Shown one piece after another: positions 61,273 through 64,000 of a stretch of DNA of 64,000 nucleotides. How positions within the stretch are numbered: the first letter of the stretch is position 1; the number at the start of each line of letters is the position of its first letter. A program made the position numbers and the translations under genes. Where the stretch lies: NCBI RefSeq assembly GCF_000281045.1, contig NW_008246143.1:71632-135631 (forward strand), read 5' to 3'. The notes beneath the pieces are model-generated. The model was not told the origin of the DNA. It searched no databases and saw only the letters and a list, made by a program, of their open reading frames with translations. Origin of the DNA: Saprolegnia diclina VS20 (taxonomy: Eukaryota).

Positions 61273-63517
61273 ATGGTGGCGCAACTGACGTGGGCCCGCG
61301 AGATGTACGCGCGCGTCGTGCACATGTCGGTGCACAATTTGCTCGTCTTCCCGAGCGAGATGGCAGTCGTCGCGGGCGAGAGCCCCAAGGCGCCGCTCGC
61401 CATCAAGTACATGTGCTGGCGCAAGAGCGTGATCCAAGTACGACGCCCGTTCGCTTGCTGCCAATTCGTTTCCAATGTAGGCCAGTGTATGGCTCCTACT
61501 GGCGGCGCTTGGGGCCAAAACGGTGCTGGCCGCGCAGTCGACGACGTTCGCTGCGTTCCTTGGCGACATGCGCAGTTACGTGACGCTTCTGCCCGACGTC
61601 ATCTTGCCAAGTTTCCAAGTACAGTCCGCGCCTCTCTCGTGTTCTGAAGGACTGTAGAAACTGCACGTCTTGTACGTCGTCCAGGCCTTCTCGACGGTCG
61701 GCACCATGCTTCTCACGGGCCTCTGTGCTGCCTACGCGCTGCACCACTGGACGACGTACCACAGGTCGCGGACTGCCCTGCGTCTCGGGTACGGTCTCTC
61801 GTTCGTGCTGCCGTACGCAGTTCTGCTCTTCCTTCCGATTCGCTCGTGGTATCAATACATCTCAAAGTCAACTTCGGAGATCCTCTGTAGCATCAACTTC
61901 AACGACATTCGCCTCGAAGCATGCGACGCACTCGCCTCGCTGCTTTCCCGCCAAGCAGCGCTACGCCACGTGAACTTCTCGCCGAGCCAGGTCTGCAACG
62001 AATTTATCAATGCGCCGCAGTGGGTGCGTCGCGACTCGTTTGAGTTTACGACGACGAGAAGCAAGCGTAGGGCGACCAGCTCCTGCGCTCGCTCGAGACC
62101 ATGGGCGTCCTCAAGAACAACACGACGCGTGTCTGCCTCAACGTCTACGCCGTCGCCAACGCGAGTGCTCACCAGACGGCGCATGCAGCGTGCAGCGAAC
62201 CTGCCTGCGCCGCCTGCCTTGCCGACACCACGTGCATCAGCATGGGACTTGTCTACATGTACAACCCGTCGGCGTTGGAGACAGCGCACCCCGCGTGCGC
62301 TGCGTGCTTTGCGTCGTCGTGCATGCGCGACTGTCTCCACGCGTCCTTGCCGCCGCTCCTCTCGCAAGCGCCAGGTACATCACGATCGCAGCCGTCGTTG
62401 TCACGTCGGATGGCTAGAGCTATGCCTTCCGGATGCGGTCGTTGACGCCATCAAGGCCCTCGGCACGTTCCAGTCGAGTAGCGACTATGCAGAGTTCCTC
62501 CTCGGCGTCCTTGTCGGTACGCACTAATCGGTTGTGTCAAACTAAGAGCGGCGCAGGGCTCTCGTCGCTGCAGACACTCGTACCCCAGAGCATGTCACTC
62601 CTCTTTGGTTGCATCCGTGGCGCCAAGCTCACCAAGACCCTCGTGCCCTACTCGCGCCTGCCCGGCTACGGCATTGGCGCCGCCATCCTTCTTTGCACGC
62701 CGATGCTCACGACATTTCTTATCGCGATCCACCAGGCCTTTGGCAACCTCTGGTGCTTCCCACCCGCGCTGGGATGGAGGCTCACGGACGGTAGGAGCGT
62801 CGCGACGATTCTCGTCTACCTCGCGAGCATTTTCATCTGGTTTCCTGTCGGCGATCTGTCGCACGGCCTCGTCGCCGACGACAACCGCGGTCTCATGGCG
62901 CCGCAAAGCGTCCTCGCTGCCGTGCGTCGCTGCGCTTCTGGGCCACAGGCTGCAGTCTTGTTGTTGAAATAGGTGAACGAACTGGACCGGCGCCACCACA
63001 TTAGCTTTTGCCTCAAACTCGCGGCGCTCGGACTCCTAGTCGTGTACGCCTCCCAGTCGGACTTGCTGCCGCTGCTCAAGGCGCATGTGAGCTACAGTCT
63101 TCTCTTGCGGATTCTGCCCTTTTGCTTGGAGCTTCTCGGTACACGCCGTGTGCAACAACGCTTGAGCCTTCGCATAGGCAAGTCGATGATGTCGGCCGTG
63201 GTCTTCGGGGACATGTACATTGATTTTTTTCGCATCACAACGGCCGGCGACCTCCTCGACTCGACCGAGGCAGAAGAAGAAGAAGCTCTTGTCCAGTGCT
63301 GATAGTGCAGTAGGCGATTTCGAGTCGGCGCGAGTCGGCGCTGGCGTTTGGGACGCTCAACGCGTCGCCCCGGGGCTCGGGACTCGTGGCGCCACGACGG
63401 CCCTCGGTGAGCAACCCGGAGCTCATCCAGCGTATGGTCGCGACACTGCAAGCGACAGACGCCCTTTGCTCCAACAGAAGCTCGCGATCGATCGCACTGC
63501 CCGCGTCGTCGTCGTAG
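61273..63517 (+). CDS. Hypothetical multi-pass membrane protein with a Cys-rich loop, multi-exon
   Basis: Several hydrophobic helices in ORFs 61670-62527, 62433-62972 and 62973-63302, a Cys-rich exon at 62101-62375, and short GT-AG introns. The 3' end is uncertain (stop at 63302 or 63517). Confidence 0.6.
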
Positions 63518-63549
63518 CCGAAGAAAGTCGTGTATTCGAATCAAGGGGT

Positions 63550-64000
63550 TTACATGAACTTGTACTGGATCTTCTTGTGCACTTGGCAGAGAAACTCGAC
63601 GTACGACACCTCGTTCTTGGTGCGGTCTTCGACGAGCGCGGCCATGAAGCGGCCGCTGCGCCAGTCCTACTCGACAGTGGTAAATGATACGCTTCCGAGC
63701 CGTCGTACCGTCTTGGTGAGGATCTCGAGGGGCTGCATGACAGGCACCTGGGCCTGTAGGTACTGCACTATCGCGCGCACTTGGTCTCGCAATGGGCCCG
63801 CGTCCGGCGCGTCGTCCACGAGGTTGACCGACTAGACAGTGCTGCTGTTGAAAAATCGCACAAGTGGCGAGGACGCACCTGCTCGGCCGTGTCGACGTGC
63901 TCCATGCCAAAGAGGTCGTGCAGAATATGCGACGACACTTTGGCGCCGACAAAGAGGTATAGGAACGTCGACGAGTGCAAGAGGAAGATGCCGTACTCCT
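63550..64000 (-). CDS. SEC24: COPII Sec24, 3' end (gelsolin-like domain)
   Basis: Minus strand reads GIFLLHS..FLYLFVG..V...L.DLFG, then F.AALVEDRT.NE.SYVEFLCQVHKKI; stop at 63550-63552. Confidence 0.88.

Noticed and set aside
1..64000. tRNA/rRNA genes and a prokaryotic origin
   Set aside because: No RNA-gene signatures were recognised by eye. Spliceosomal introns and eukaryote-specific genes occur throughout.

Overview
Gene-dense, GC-rich eukaryotic DNA with many short (about 40-60 nt) introns, most ending in TAG. The gene families (START+FYVE proteins, lineage-type ankyrin repeats, KRE6/SKN1, oomycete-type Inr/FPR core promoters) point to an oomycete, probably Saprolegniales; this is an inference. 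About 27 protein-coding genes can be supported. Housekeeping-type genes: an HSF-type TF (partial), KRE6-like GH16, OGFOD3-like, RUS1, COG7, GTPBP1/2-like, an SV2-like MFS transporter, TEL2 and Sec24 (partial). The most interesting items are (1) a fungal-Egt1-type ergothioneine fusion gene with an intact reading frame whose metal ligands, catalytic Tyr and SAM motif appear substituted, so a probable pseudoenzyme; (2) an adjacent intronless HET (TIR-like cell-death) domain gene; (3) a Nudix-CYTH fusion; (4) a ~9 kb chromatin-reader gene combining FYR, DDT, WHIM, 2 bromodomains, 2 PHD, several PDZ-like and an AP2-like domain; (5) a 148-bp near-perfect palindrome with related hairpins next to probable decayed transposon DNA; and (6) four START-FYVE paralogs with non-canonical FYVE motifs. 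Exon boundaries and domain calls were made by eye and no database searches were run.
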